Below the pieces are notes generated by a model that made no database searches, was not told where the DNA came from, and was given only the letters and a program-made list of their open reading frames with translations. A program made the position numbers and the translations under genes. From Marinilabiliaceae bacterium (GTDB taxonomy: Bacteria > Bacteroidota > Bacteroidia > Bacteroidales > VadinHA17): a stretch of DNA of 64,000 bases. The stretch is from positions 4,447 through 68,446 of the forward strand of contig JAZBNV010000100.1 in assembly GCA_036350795.1 (NCBI GenBank). The letters are read 5' to 3'. Position 1 is the stretch's first letter; every line of letters starts with the position of its first letter. Below are positions 29,349-38,862 of the stretch, piece by piece.

Positions 29349-30140
29349 TTAATCGTCAGCCTTCTTTGCTTCATCCCATATCAGATCCATCTCGGCAAGA
29401 CTCATGTCCCTGAGCGATTTACCCATGGCCATTGTCTTGCCCTCCAGGTAAGAAAATCTCTTTATAAATTTCCTGTTGGTTCTTTCGAGGGCAGACTCAG
29501 GATCAATTCCATAGAGCCTGGCGGCATTAATTATTGAGAAGAGGAGATCTCCAAACTCTGATTCTATCTTCTTATTGTTTCCATCAGATATTTCATCCCG
29601 AAGCTCACCCAGTTCCTCCAGTACCTTATCCCATACCTGGTCCTTTTCCTCCCAGTCAAAACCAACACCCCTTACCTTCTCCTGTATTCTGTTTGCTTTA
29701 ACAAGGGCTGGCAATGAATCCGGTACACCTGATAAAACAGGTTTATAAGTGCTGCCTTCGTTTTGCTTAAGCCGTTCCCAGTTATCTTCAACCTCGGTGG
29801 CATTATTAACTTCTGTATTTCCAAACACATGCGGGTGCCGGTAGATAAGCTTCCTGTTAATTCCTTCCAGCACGGTCCCAATATCAAACTGTCCTTTCTC
29901 AGATCCTATTTTTGCATAAAAAACTATATGGAGCATCAGGTCACCCAGTTCTTTACATATACCCTTACTGTCGTCCTCAATAATGGCATCAGCAAGTTCA
30001 TAGGTCTCTTCAATTGTAAGTTTTCTGAGCGATTCGTTTGTTTGCTTCATGTCCCATGGACAGCTTTCCCTGAGTTTGTCCATTATGTCCAGAAGCTCTG
30101 AAAATGCTTCAAGCCGCCTGTCTTTTTCCATTATTATCAA
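29349..30140 (-). CDS. mazG: Nucleoside triphosphate pyrophosphohydrolase MazG
   Basis: Two MazG repeats (EETYELADAI...; ELGDLLFSIIN), 263 aa. Confidence 0.9.
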   Translation of the reverse strand: MIIMEKDRRLEAFSELLDIMDKLRESCPWDMKQTNESLRKLTIEETYELADAIIEDDSKGICKELGDLMLHIVFYAKIGSEKGQFDIGTVLEGINRKLIYRHPHVFGNTEVNNATEVEDNWERLKQNEGSTYKPVLSGVPDSLPALVKANRIQEKVRGVGFDWEEKDQVWDKVLEELGELRDEISDGNNKKIESEFGDLLFSIINAARLYGIDPESALERTNRKFIKRFSYLEGKTMAMGKSLRDMSLAEMDLIWDEAKKADD

Positions 30141-30142
30141 TG

Positions 30143-30946
30143 TTAGAATAACATCCCCGGGCTCTTGCCATTGCCCGGAGCAGCAACCCTGATAACGTCT
30201 CCAACCTGCAGACTGAGTAGTTTTGCAGCACTGGAACCGTTTATGCCGATCTCAATCAGTTCAAGTGAATTGAAAAGTGCCAGAAGATCACTGACACCCT
30301 CACTTTTGTATGAGTTGCTTATTTTTTCAATCAGGTTATTATTCGATCTTATTGCAATATTAAACTTCTTAGACTTAAATACCCTTTCAAAGACCTCCCT
30401 TGTAATATTTGATATAGCATTACCATATGAATCAATAAAGATAATGCTGCCGGAGATTGAGTTTTCTTCTATTGTAGCCCTGAATGGAACCCTCTCATTT
30501 ATTTCCTTTATAAGTACACCGGTGTCTTCCGGCTTGCCCCCGCCATTTATTATAGCAGCAGCTTTAGAAAATACATCTGTCTCGTCAATATTTTCTTTAT
30601 TATCACCCGTATCGAGTTTTATAATCTTTTCAGGTTCTCCGTTCAGTAGCAGATGGAATATACCGTTATCCGATCCGATAAAATAATGACCCTGGGCTTC
30701 AACAAGCAGGTGCGGCTGTTTCTCGTCATACTCAGAATGCACGCAAATAATATGAATGGAACCTTCAGGATAATGCTTGAAAGTGTTCCTTACCACGAAG
30801 GCTGCATGCTGAAGATTGAAAGAAGGAATTCCGGTGGCGTTCTCAAGAATAGTTGCCCCCTTGCACCTGCTTGTCAGCTTACCCTTAAGTACCCCGTTGT
30901 AATAATCATATTCCTGCCACTCAGTGGTAAGCGTAATTATAGCCAT
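30143..30946 (-). CDS. SAM hydroxide adenosyltransferase / SAM hydrolase family (DUF62)
   Basis: MAIITLTTEWQEYDYYNGVLKG N-terminus and overall DUF62 layout. Start taken at M22 of the tracked ORF. Confidence 0.7.
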   Translation of the reverse strand: MAIITLTTEWQEYDYYNGVLKGKLTSRCKGATILENATGIPSFNLQHAAFVVRNTFKHYPEGSIHIICVHSEYDEKQPHLLVEAQGHYFIGSDNGIFHLLLNGEPEKIIKLDTGDNKENIDETDVFSKAAAIINGGGKPEDTGVLIKEINERVPFRATIEENSISGSIIFIDSYGNAISNITREVFERVFKSKKFNIAIRSNNNLIEKISNSYKSEGVSDLLALFNSLELIEIGINGSSAAKLLSLQVGDVIRVAAPGNGKSPGMLF

Positions 30947-31064
30947 ACCTAAAATCTTCCAGTTTGCCTGGTTTTTAATAAAAAAAATAGGTTTACTTTG
31001 TAAGCTCAAACCTACTGTTTTTTTTTGAAAAAAAGGGACTGCGGGGTTTAAATTATTATAGCAT

Positions 31065-32072
31065 ATGCCTGAAAAATCAATTATACTTGATGAGATCGAT
31101 CCGAAAGAATTTTTCGGGTCTCATAATATACTTGTTGATATTTTAAGAAATCACTTTCCCCGCCTTAAGATTATAGCCAGGGGCAATGAGATTAAGTGTA
31201 TGGGCAATGATGATGATGTAACAGACTTCAGCCGGAAGATAGAGTCCTTAATAAGCTATTTCAACAGGCATAACGGTCTTTCTGAGGATGAGGCTGAAAG
31301 AATCCTGAGTGACAACGAACATGAACTTACAGCTTCCGGCGGAGGTTTCGACGAGGTGATTGTTTTTAATGTGGCCGGCAAGCCGGTTACCGCCCGCACA
31401 GTTAATCAGTTCCATCTAATAGAGGAGTATAAACGCAACGATTTGCTGATTGCAGTAGGACCCGCCGGCACAGGAAAGACCTATACCTCTATTGCCCTGG
31501 CGGTAAGGGCTTTGAAGAATAAGGAAGTAAGAAGAATTGTGCTTACACGACCGGCAGTTGAAGCTGGGGAGAGGCTGGGTTTTCTGCCCGGCGATATGAA
31601 AGAAAAGCTTGATCCTTACCTGCAGCCACTCTACGATGCCCTGAAAGATATGATTAATTTTAAGAAGCTTGAAACCTGGCTCGAGGATGGCACCATACAG
31701 ATCGTTCCTCTTGCATTTATGCGGGGACGAACGCTGGAACACTCCTTCGTAATTCTTGATGAAGCACAGAATTCAACAATGAGCCAGCTTAAAATGTTTC
31801 TGACACGCATGGGTAATAACTCCAGGTTTATACTTACTGGCGACCTTACACAGATTGACCTGCCTAACAGGCATAACTCAGGCCTGGTAAAGGCTGTTAA
31901 GCTGCTTGAAGGTATAGACGGCATCTCAATTATTGAATTCGATGAAAGGGATATTGTGCGGCATAAACTTGTTAAGGATATTGTAAGAGCATACGAAAAG
32001 GACTACCAGCAAAATCTGAATAAAAATCAGAACACCGGAAGTGAACACGACCCCGAGTTTAGTGTTAGCTAA
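31065..32072 (+). CDS. phoH: PhoH-family ATPase
   Basis: Walker A GPAGTGKTY, Walker B FVILDEAQN, 335 aa. Confidence 0.9.
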   Translation: MPEKSIILDEIDPKEFFGSHNILVDILRNHFPRLKIIARGNEIKCMGNDDDVTDFSRKIESLISYFNRHNGLSEDEAERILSDNEHELTASGGGFDEVIVFNVAGKPVTARTVNQFHLIEEYKRNDLLIAVGPAGTGKTYTSIALAVRALKNKEVRRIVLTRPAVEAGERLGFLPGDMKEKLDPYLQPLYDALKDMINFKKLETWLEDGTIQIVPLAFMRGRTLEHSFVILDEAQNSTMSQLKMFLTRMGNNSRFILTGDLTQIDLPNRHNSGLVKAVKLLEGIDGISIIEFDERDIVRHKLVKDIVRAYEKDYQQNLNKNQNTGSEHDPEFSVS

Positions 32073-32161
32073 GGTAGAGGGTAGATGAGTTCCGCCTTCG
32101 GTGAACCTTTGGCGGACAGGGGAGATTTGAGGGTGGATGAGTTGAGAGAAAAATTAATTGC

Positions 32162-32216
32162 ATAACGGATAACGGATAACAGATAACAGATAACGTTTAA
32201 CATTTAACATTTAACA
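32162..32216 (+). repeat. Compound microsatellite: about 5 x ataac[ga]g followed by 3 x tttaaca, abutting the purC start
   Basis: Read directly. 7-nt units occupy 32162-32195 and 32196-32216. The last 28 nt before the ATG at 32224 contain no G. Confidence 0.9.
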
Positions 32217-32223
32217 TTAAAAT

Positions 32224-33177
32224 ATGTCTCAAACAATTGTAAAAACAGATTTTAATTTTCCCGGCCAGAAGAGCGTATACCATGGCAAGGTAAGGGAAGT
32301 TTATTCTATCGATAATGATTATCTGCTGATGGTGGTTTCTGACAGAATCTCCGCTTTTGATGTCGTACTTCCCAGGGGTATACCCTATAAGGGCCAGGTG
32401 CTTAACCAGATTGCTGAAAAATTTCTCGATGCAACATCAGATATAGTGCCCAACTGGAAAATTGCCTCGCCCGATCCTAACGTTACTTTTGGATACCGTT
32501 GCGACCCTTACCCGGTAGAGATGATTGTCAGGGCTTACCTGACCGGCAGCTCCTGGCGCAGTTATAAGGCAGGAGCCCGTGAAATATGCGGCGTGGCTAT
32601 TCCTGATGGTCTAAAGGAACACCAGGGCTTCGATAAACCAATTATCACACCTACAACCAAGGCTGAGCAGGGATTGCACGATGAAGATATTTCAAGGGAT
32701 GAAATATTGAAGCTGGGCCTGGTAAGCGAGGAAGAATATACTCTGCTTGAGAAGTATAGCATGGAACTTTTTATGCGCGGATCGGAAATTGCTGCCAGGC
32801 ATGGATTAATACTTGTTGATACCAAGTATGAATTCGGTAAAAAGGATGGCCGGATTTACCTTATTGATGAGATTCATACTCCTGATTCTTCAAGATACTT
32901 CTATGCTGATGAGTACCAGTCCAGGTTCGACAGGGGAGAACAACAAAAACAATTGTCGAAAGAATTTGTAAGAGAGTGGCTTATGGACCACAACTTCCAG
33001 GGTAAGGAAGGCCAGGTAGTGCCTGAAATGCCTGACGAATTTGTTATGCAGGTTTCGGAGAGATATATTGAATTATACGAGAGCATTACGGGAGAGAAGT
33101 TCCACAGGGCCGATATTTCGAATGTATCCGATCGCATACAGAAAAATGTAAGCGCCTACCTTAACAATGTGGTTTAG
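32224..33177 (+). CDS. purC: Phosphoribosylaminoimidazole-succinocarboxamide (SAICAR) synthase
   Basis: GKVREVY ... [13 protein letters not shown] ... [11 protein letters not shown] motifs, 317 aa (long form). Confidence 0.92.
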   Translation: MSQTIVKTDFNFPGQKSVYHGKVREVYSIDNDYLLMVVSDRISAFDVVLPRGIPYKGQVLNQIAEKFLDATSDIVPNWKIASPDPNVTFGYRCDPYPVEMIVRAYLTGSSWRSYKAGAREICGVAIPDGLKEHQGFDKPIITPTTKAEQGLHDEDISRDEILKLGLVSEEEYTLLEKYSMELFMRGSEIAARHGLILVDTKYEFGKKDGRIYLIDEIHTPDSSRYFYADEYQSRFDRGEQQKQLSKEFVREWLMDHNFQGKEGQVVPEMPDEFVMQVSERYIELYESITGEKFHRADISNVSDRIQKNVSAYLNNVV

Positions 33178-33203
33178 GAAAGTGTTCGCACAATAAAATA
33201 TCC

Positions 33204-33234
33204 GGGGGAAGTGAATTATTGCTTCCCCTTCTTT
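33204..33234 (+). terminator. Rho-independent terminator downstream of purC
   Basis: ggggaag-tgaattattg-cttcccc, followed by ttcttt. Confidence 0.65.
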
Positions 33235-33264
33235 ATTCGCACCAATTCGCATCAATTCGCACCA
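33235..33264 (+). repeat. 3 x 10-nt tandem repeat attcgca[ct]ca
   Basis: Read directly, immediately 3' of the purC terminator. Confidence 0.9.
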
Positions 33265-33377
33265 ATAAAAAACCTGTTATTAAACACAAAATAAAAACTG
33301 ACATAATTGGTTGGTATCGTAGATTTTTTTTAAAATCTTGTGAGAAATAATAAACGACTCAAAACTTATCTGACCAA

Positions 33378-34202
33378 ATGAACAAAATCATTGAAAAAGA
33401 ACTGCTGAGTAATAACGTGGTTAAACTAGTAATTGAAGCTCCCAGGATAGCTGCCAAAAGAAAAGCAGGGCATTTTGTGATAGTAAAGATTGATGAAAGG
33501 GGCGAACGTATCCCTCTCACTATTGCAGATGCTGACAGCCAGAAAGGAACCATTACCCTGATTATTCAGAAAGTTGGTGTTACCTCCCATAAACTTCTGA
33601 AAATGGAGGCAGGGGATACTCTTATGGACGTTGTGGGCCCTCTGGGTCATGCTACTGAGATTGAAAACAGGGGCACGGTATTATGCGCTGGCGGCGGTGT
33701 GGGAATCGCTCCTCTTATGCCTATTGCCCGGGCCTTTAAGGAAGCCGGTAACAGGGTTTTAACCGTGCTGGCTGCCCGAAACAAGGAACTGCTGATACTG
33801 GAAGATGAAATGAGGGCCTGCTCTGATGAAGTAATAATTATGACTGACGACGGTTCCTACGGAAAACAGGGACTGGTTACACATGGTATGGAAGAAATTC
33901 TTGATCGCGAAAAGGTGAATCTTGCCGTTACTATCGGTCCGGCAATAATGATGAAATATGCTGCCCTTACAACAAAGAAATATAACGTTGAAACAATTGC
34001 CAGCCTTAATACAATTATGGTTGACGGAACAGGGATGTGCGGTGCCTGCAGGGTAAGTGTTAATGGCAAAACAAAGTTTGTATGTGTCGACGGGCCGGAA
34101 TTTGATGCCCATGAGATTGACTACGAGGAGATGCTGATGCGCCTCGGAGGGTATGAGGCAGAAGAGAGAATTGCCTACGAAAAATTTATGGAATCAAACT
34201 AA
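33378..34202 (+). CDS. PyrK/NfnA-like FAD/NAD(P)-binding iron-sulfur protein (sulfide/dihydroorotate dehydrogenase-like)
   Basis: Ferredoxin-reductase-type fold (GHFVIVKIDERGERIPLTI; GGGVGIAP) and a C-terminal 2Fe-2S Cys cluster (GTGMCGACRV...FVCVDGPEF). Confidence 0.8.
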   Translation: MNKIIEKELLSNNVVKLVIEAPRIAAKRKAGHFVIVKIDERGERIPLTIADADSQKGTITLIIQKVGVTSHKLLKMEAGDTLMDVVGPLGHATEIENRGTVLCAGGGVGIAPLMPIARAFKEAGNRVLTVLAARNKELLILEDEMRACSDEVIIMTDDGSYGKQGLVTHGMEEILDREKVNLAVTIGPAIMMKYAALTTKKYNVETIASLNTIMVDGTGMCGACRVSVNGKTKFVCVDGPEFDAHEIDYEEMLMRLGGYEAEERIAYEKFMESN

Positions 34203-34246
34203 GCCAGATCTGGAATAAACTAAGATGAACTTAAGAAAACAATATA

Positions 34247-35737
34247 ATGGAAGAACTTAAGGATTATTTAAAACAAGAGCGTCAGCAAGCCTGGAGAGAA
34301 GAACTGCGGAAAAGCATGAAGGCTAAAGACCGTACTGTCATTGAACGTGTTAAAATGATAGAACAGGATCCCGATTTAAGGGCACACAATTCAGAAGAAG
34401 TTAACCTCGGCCTGACAGAGGAAATGGCCCTCAACGAGGCAAAGCGCTGTCTCGATTGTGCCGATCCGACCTGTATCGAGGGATGTCCGGTAGGGATCAA
34501 TATCCCAAAATTTATTAAACGCATTGAATCAGGCGATTTCCTTGAAGCAGCAGTAACATTAAAGGAAACCAATGCACTGCCTGCAGTATGCGGAAGGGTA
34601 TGCCCGCAGGAGGTACAGTGTGAGTCGAAATGTTTCTATGTTCAGAAACTAAAGAAAGACCCGGTTGCAATAGGATTCCTGGAACGATTTGCTGCCGACT
34701 ACGAAAGAAATAGTGGCAAGATGTCAGTTCCGAAAATTGCCGAAAGGAATGGGCTTAAGGTTGCCATTATCGGATCAGGTCCCTCAGGGCTGGCAGTGGC
34801 AGGTGATATGATAAAATGGGGTTACGATGTAACTGTTTTTGAGGCCCTGCATGAAATCGGAGGTGTGCTTAAATACGGAATACCTGAATTCAGGCTGCCT
34901 AACGAGATTGTGGATGTGGAGATCGATAACCTCAAGCAGATGGGAGTTAAGTTTGAAACTAATTTCGTGGTGGGTAAGACTGCAAGTATTGATGACCTGA
35001 AGGATGAAGGCTTTGAAGCTTTCTTTGTGGGTAGTGGAGCAGGTTTGCCTAATTTTATGAATATACCGGGCGAAAACTATAACGGGATCTTTTCTTCCAA
35101 TGAGTACCTCACCAGGGTTAACCTTATGAATGCTGCAAATAAGGAATTTGATACCCCTGTAATAAGTGGTAAGAATGTAGCCGTTATAGGAGGCGGAAAT
35201 ACTGCCATGGACTCTGTAAGAACTTCAAAAAGGCTGGGAGCTGATAACTCAATGATAATCTACCGCAGGTCTATTGAAGAAATGCCTGCAAGGGTTGAAG
35301 AAGTACACCATGCCCAGGAAGAAGGAATTGAATTTATGAACCTCCATAACCCGCTTGAATACTATGCAGATGAGAAGGGCAGGGTGAAAAGTATGAGGGT
35401 GCAGAAGATGAAACTTGGCGAACCCGACAGCTCAGGCCGTCGCAGGCCTATCCCTATCGAAGGATCAGACTTTATGGTCGACGTAGACACTGTAATAGTA
35501 GCGATTGGAGTTTCTCCTAATCCGCTTATCCCGGCCAGCATGCCTGAGCTTGAGATGTCTGACTGGGGAACCATTATCGTTAATAAGGATACAATGGAAT
35601 CGTCAGTGCCCGGAGTATTTGCCGGTGGTGATATTGTAAGGGGAGGCGCAACTGTAATACTTGCTATGGGCGATGGCCGGAAGGCTGCTGCCGGAATGCA
35701 CGAATACCTTAAAAAGAATGTTCTTTCCGGTAAGTAA
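34247..35737 (+). CDS. GltD/NfnB-like NADPH-dependent oxidoreductase (glutamate synthase small-chain homologue)
   Basis: Two 4Fe-4S Cys clusters (CLDCADPTCIEGCP; CGRVCPQEVQCESKC), FAD loop IIGSGPSGLAVAG and NADPH loop VIGGGNTAMD. Confidence 0.85.
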   Translation: MEELKDYLKQERQQAWREELRKSMKAKDRTVIERVKMIEQDPDLRAHNSEEVNLGLTEEMALNEAKRCLDCADPTCIEGCPVGINIPKFIKRIESGDFLEAAVTLKETNALPAVCGRVCPQEVQCESKCFYVQKLKKDPVAIGFLERFAADYERNSGKMSVPKIAERNGLKVAIIGSGPSGLAVAGDMIKWGYDVTVFEALHEIGGVLKYGIPEFRLPNEIVDVEIDNLKQMGVKFETNFVVGKTASIDDLKDEGFEAFFVGSGAGLPNFMNIPGENYNGIFSSNEYLTRVNLMNAANKEFDTPVISGKNVAVIGGGNTAMDSVRTSKRLGADNSMIIYRRSIEEMPARVEEVHHAQEEGIEFMNLHNPLEYYADEKGRVKSMRVQKMKLGEPDSSGRRRPIPIEGSDFMVDVDTVIVAIGVSPNPLIPASMPELEMSDWGTIIVNKDTMESSVPGVFAGGDIVRGGATVILAMGDGRKAAAGMHEYLKKNVLSGK

Positions 35738-35771
35738 AACATACAACTAAGAATCAAAAAAAATTAATAAT

Positions 35772-36770
35772 ATGGCTGATTTAACATGCAAATATCTTGG
35801 ATTATCTCTCAGAAATCCGATAATAGCCGGGAGCTCGGGACTGACCGATTCCGTAGATAATATTATAGAACTGGAAAAGGCCGGTGCAGGGGCTGTTGTT
35901 CTGAAATCATTATTCGAAGAACAGATCATAATGGAAGCTGAGGCAAGTATAAAAAAAGCATATGAGAATGATTTTATTTATTCTGCCAAATCCGAATCGC
36001 TTGATTACCTCGATCTTCATATAAAGGAGGATACAATCTCAAACTATATTAAGCTTATCAAAGAGGCAAAGCAGAAAACGCTTATACCTGTTATTGCAAG
36101 CGTTAACTGTGTGTCTGATGTGGAATGGACTTCCTTCGCAAAAAAAGTACAGGATGCAGGGGCAGATGCCCTTGAGTTAAATATAGCTGTTCTCCCGGTT
36201 AATGCAGAAATGAGCAGGGAGGCAATTGAAGAGATATATTTCTCTATCATCAAAAAAGTCCTCGGTACAATTACTATACCACTGGCAATTAAGATAAGTC
36301 CGTATTTTACAAACCTGGCCGGAATGATAAAATCATTGTCAGCCACAGGTATAAAAGGACTGGTTTTGTTTAACAGGTTTTATTCTCCGGATTTTGATAT
36401 TAATACTTTTACCGAGAAGTCTGCAAATACCCTCAGTACACCGGCCGAAAGCAGTAATGTACTGAGATGGATAGCCCTGATGTCCGGGAAGACCGAATGT
36501 GACCTCTGTGCAACTACCGGGATTCATAACGGCGAGGCGCTTATAAAACAAATTCTTGCAGGAGCAGCAGCTGTACAGGTGGTATCTTCACTATATTCAG
36601 GCGGACTGAAAACAATACAGGAGATGGTCTCTGTTCTTGAGAACTGGATGGATGAAAAGGGATTCAACTATGTACACCAGTTCAAAGGCAAAATGAGCCA
36701 GGACAAAAGTGCTAACCCGGCTGCATTTGAAAGAATACAGTTTATGAAGTATTTTAGCGAAATAAGGTAA
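35772..36770 (+). CDS. Dihydroorotate dehydrogenase-like (class-1 PyrD fold) protein, non-canonical active-site loop
   Basis: TIM-barrel FMN motifs (NPIIAGSSG; ALELNIAV; GGIHNGE-like TTGIHNGEA). The usual ELN(I/L)SCPN loop reads ELNIAVLPVN here. Confidence 0.7.
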   Translation: MADLTCKYLGLSLRNPIIAGSSGLTDSVDNIIELEKAGAGAVVLKSLFEEQIIMEAEASIKKAYENDFIYSAKSESLDYLDLHIKEDTISNYIKLIKEAKQKTLIPVIASVNCVSDVEWTSFAKKVQDAGADALELNIAVLPVNAEMSREAIEEIYFSIIKKVLGTITIPLAIKISPYFTNLAGMIKSLSATGIKGLVLFNRFYSPDFDINTFTEKSANTLSTPAESSNVLRWIALMSGKTECDLCATTGIHNGEALIKQILAGAAAVQVVSSLYSGGLKTIQEMVSVLENWMDEKGFNYVHQFKGKMSQDKSANPAAFERIQFMKYFSEIR

Positions 36771-36790
36771 TAACTGCCTTTGTGTTAATT

Positions 36791-36823
36791 ACGGGTAATA
36801 GATTCATCTGTTACCCGTTTTTA
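36791..36823 (+). terminator. Rho-independent terminator downstream of the PyrD-like gene
   Basis: acgggtaa-tagattcatctg-ttacccgt, followed by ttttt. Confidence 0.7.
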
Positions 36824-36867
36824 TATTTGTATATTCCCTATCTTTGGGCGAAGAAATAATATAGCAA

Positions 36868-38832
36868 ATGGTCAAGTTTTTCCGCTGTATATTGGCAGCT
36901 CTTTTTATCGTAGTAATATACCAGGGCACCTCTGCCCAGGAACCTGTTAAAATAAGTAAGGAAAAGGTATCGATAGAGGGTGTGGCCTATTACATACATA
37001 TTGTTCAAAAAGGACAAACCCTTTATTCAATTTCAAAAGCTTATAATGTTTCAACCGAAGTGCTTCTTAAAGAAAACAGGAGCGCGGTCTATGGACTAAG
37101 GGAAGGCTTTGCCCTGAAAATACCTGTTGTTGGTACTCTCCCCGCTAAGGACGAAGTCGAAAAGGATAATGAGAAATATATCTATCACACCCTGAGGGAG
37201 GGTGAGACTATTTTTGCACTATCCAGGAAATATAACATTCCTGAAGACCAGATAAGGGAAAGTAACCCCCATGTTGATGTTTTTGATTTACCGGTTGGCA
37301 CCGAAATAGCCATTCCCCGTAAAGAGTTTATGGAACAGCCGGTCTTTTTCAGAACAGATGACCAGGGCTACCGTCTTCATAAGGTGGAACGTGGTGAGTC
37401 AATGTCAGATATTGCAGAAAAATATAATATACCGGTAAGGCAGCTCAGAAATGCTAACCGCAGAATGATATTTCCAAAGGCAGGCGATTATCTCCGGATT
37501 CCTTCAGAACAGGCATCGCTTGATTTTGTAATGCCCGGGGATGAAGTAGTTGCAGACTCTGCACTTTTTGATGATGAGAATGTTGTTCGCCTCTTTGATG
37601 GTACCGAAGTTGAGTATACTCCTCTTGAAGATCTTAACGGAAGCGTTGATGTGGCCCTGCTGCTTCCTCTCTACCTCAAAGAAAACAGCCAGCGCTCATA
37701 TATCGATTCTTCAGAATACAATGAGAGAGGAAAAAGAATTTATAAAACCATAAAAAGACCTGATGAGTGGATTTTTCCGAGGAGCGAACTCTTTCTGGAA
37801 TATTATGAAGGAGTGCTGCTTGCTGTTGATGAACTAAGGTCAAAAGGACTTTCAATAAACCTTGAAGTGTATGATACGCGTGGTGATTCACTACTTGTCG
37901 ACAGCCTTCTGAGAGAAGATATCCTGGATAATATCGATCTTATTATCGGGCCTGTCTATTCCTTTAACGTTGAAGCAGTAGGGAGGTATGCCAGGAGGTC
38001 AAGAATCCCGGTTGTTTCACCACTGGCCAGCCGGAACGATGAGGTGCTCAGAAATAATCCCTACCTCTTCAAGATTCAACCCGGACAGGAACTTGTCGAA
38101 GAAGCAATGGCACAGAAGATAAGCGACTTCTATGACTATAACCTGATTTTCGTGCACGCAGATACCGCCTGGAGTGCATCCGGTTCTGAGGAGTTTAAGA
38201 ATAATATTTTCCGTAAGCTGAGATATGTGGCTCCGATTGATGAGATTAATTTCCGCCAGGTGTTCTTTACCAGCAGGTCTGCCTATAGTGATACAATAAA
38301 TATTATTGATCACGCAATGAGCCGCGAGAAGCCTAATCTTATCATAATTGCATCAGAAGATGAGGCCGTTATGAGTGAGGTGCTTGTAAATGTACATACC
38401 CTCCTGCGTAACTATAAAATAGAAGTACTTGGTTATCCAAACCTGCGATGGCTCGAGAACATCGACCCGGAATATTTCTATAACCTCGGGGTAATGATGT
38501 TTACACCAAGCTGGCTCGATTACAACCAGGATGATGTGAAAAACTTTATAAAGAAATACAGGACCAAATTCAATATGGAACCCCAGGTCAGAAGCTATGC
38601 CTGGCAGAGTTATGATATAGCATATTATTTTATTAGTGGTATTGCCGTGCATGGTTCACAGTTTAAATATCATCCAAAATCACACCGGCCTGACCTTCTG
38701 CAGACCGACTATGACTTCTCACGGACCGGTATAACAAGCGGGTTCGAGAATAAGCGACTTTTCTTTATCAGGTTTACACCTGATATGAAAGTGGAGTTTC
38801 CCGGATTAAGGAATAGAAGTTCCCGGGAATAA
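36868..38832 (+). CDS. Secreted protein with three LysM domains and a periplasmic-binding-protein (type 1)-like domain
   Basis: Signal peptide. The three LysM domains are YIHIVQKGQTLYSISKAYNV, IYHTLREGETIFALSRKYNI and RLHKVERGESMSDIAEKYNI. The C-terminal ~400 aa are PBP1-like. Confidence 0.75.
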   Translation: MVKFFRCILAALFIVVIYQGTSAQEPVKISKEKVSIEGVAYYIHIVQKGQTLYSISKAYNVSTEVLLKENRSAVYGLREGFALKIPVVGTLPAKDEVEKDNEKYIYHTLREGETIFALSRKYNIPEDQIRESNPHVDVFDLPVGTEIAIPRKEFMEQPVFFRTDDQGYRLHKVERGESMSDIAEKYNIPVRQLRNANRRMIFPKAGDYLRIPSEQASLDFVMPGDEVVADSALFDDENVVRLFDGTEVEYTPLEDLNGSVDVALLLPLYLKENSQRSYIDSSEYNERGKRIYKTIKRPDEWIFPRSELFLEYYEGVLLAVDELRSKGLSINLEVYDTRGDSLLVDSLLREDILDNIDLIIGPVYSFNVEAVGRYARRSRIPVVSPLASRNDEVLRNNPYLFKIQPGQELVEEAMAQKISDFYDYNLIFVHADTAWSASGSEEFKNNIFRKLRYVAPIDEINFRQVFFTSRSAYSDTINIIDHAMSREKPNLIIIASEDEAVMSEVLVNVHTLLRNYKIEVLGYPNLRWLENIDPEYFYNLGVMMFTPSWLDYNQDDVKNFIKKYRTKFNMEPQVRSYAWQSYDIAYYFISGIAVHGSQFKYHPKSHRPDLLQTDYDFSRTGITSGFENKRLFFIRFTPDMKVEFPGLRNRSSRE

Positions 38833-38862
38833 ATACCCGTTTTATTTTGTCAATAAGTATGT

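Noticed and set aside
30165-30686. 173-aa ORF antisense to the DUF62 gene
   Set aside because: The translation is dominated by Ser/Leu/Ile/Phe, typical of the reverse frame of an A/T-rich coding region. The sense gene is well supported.
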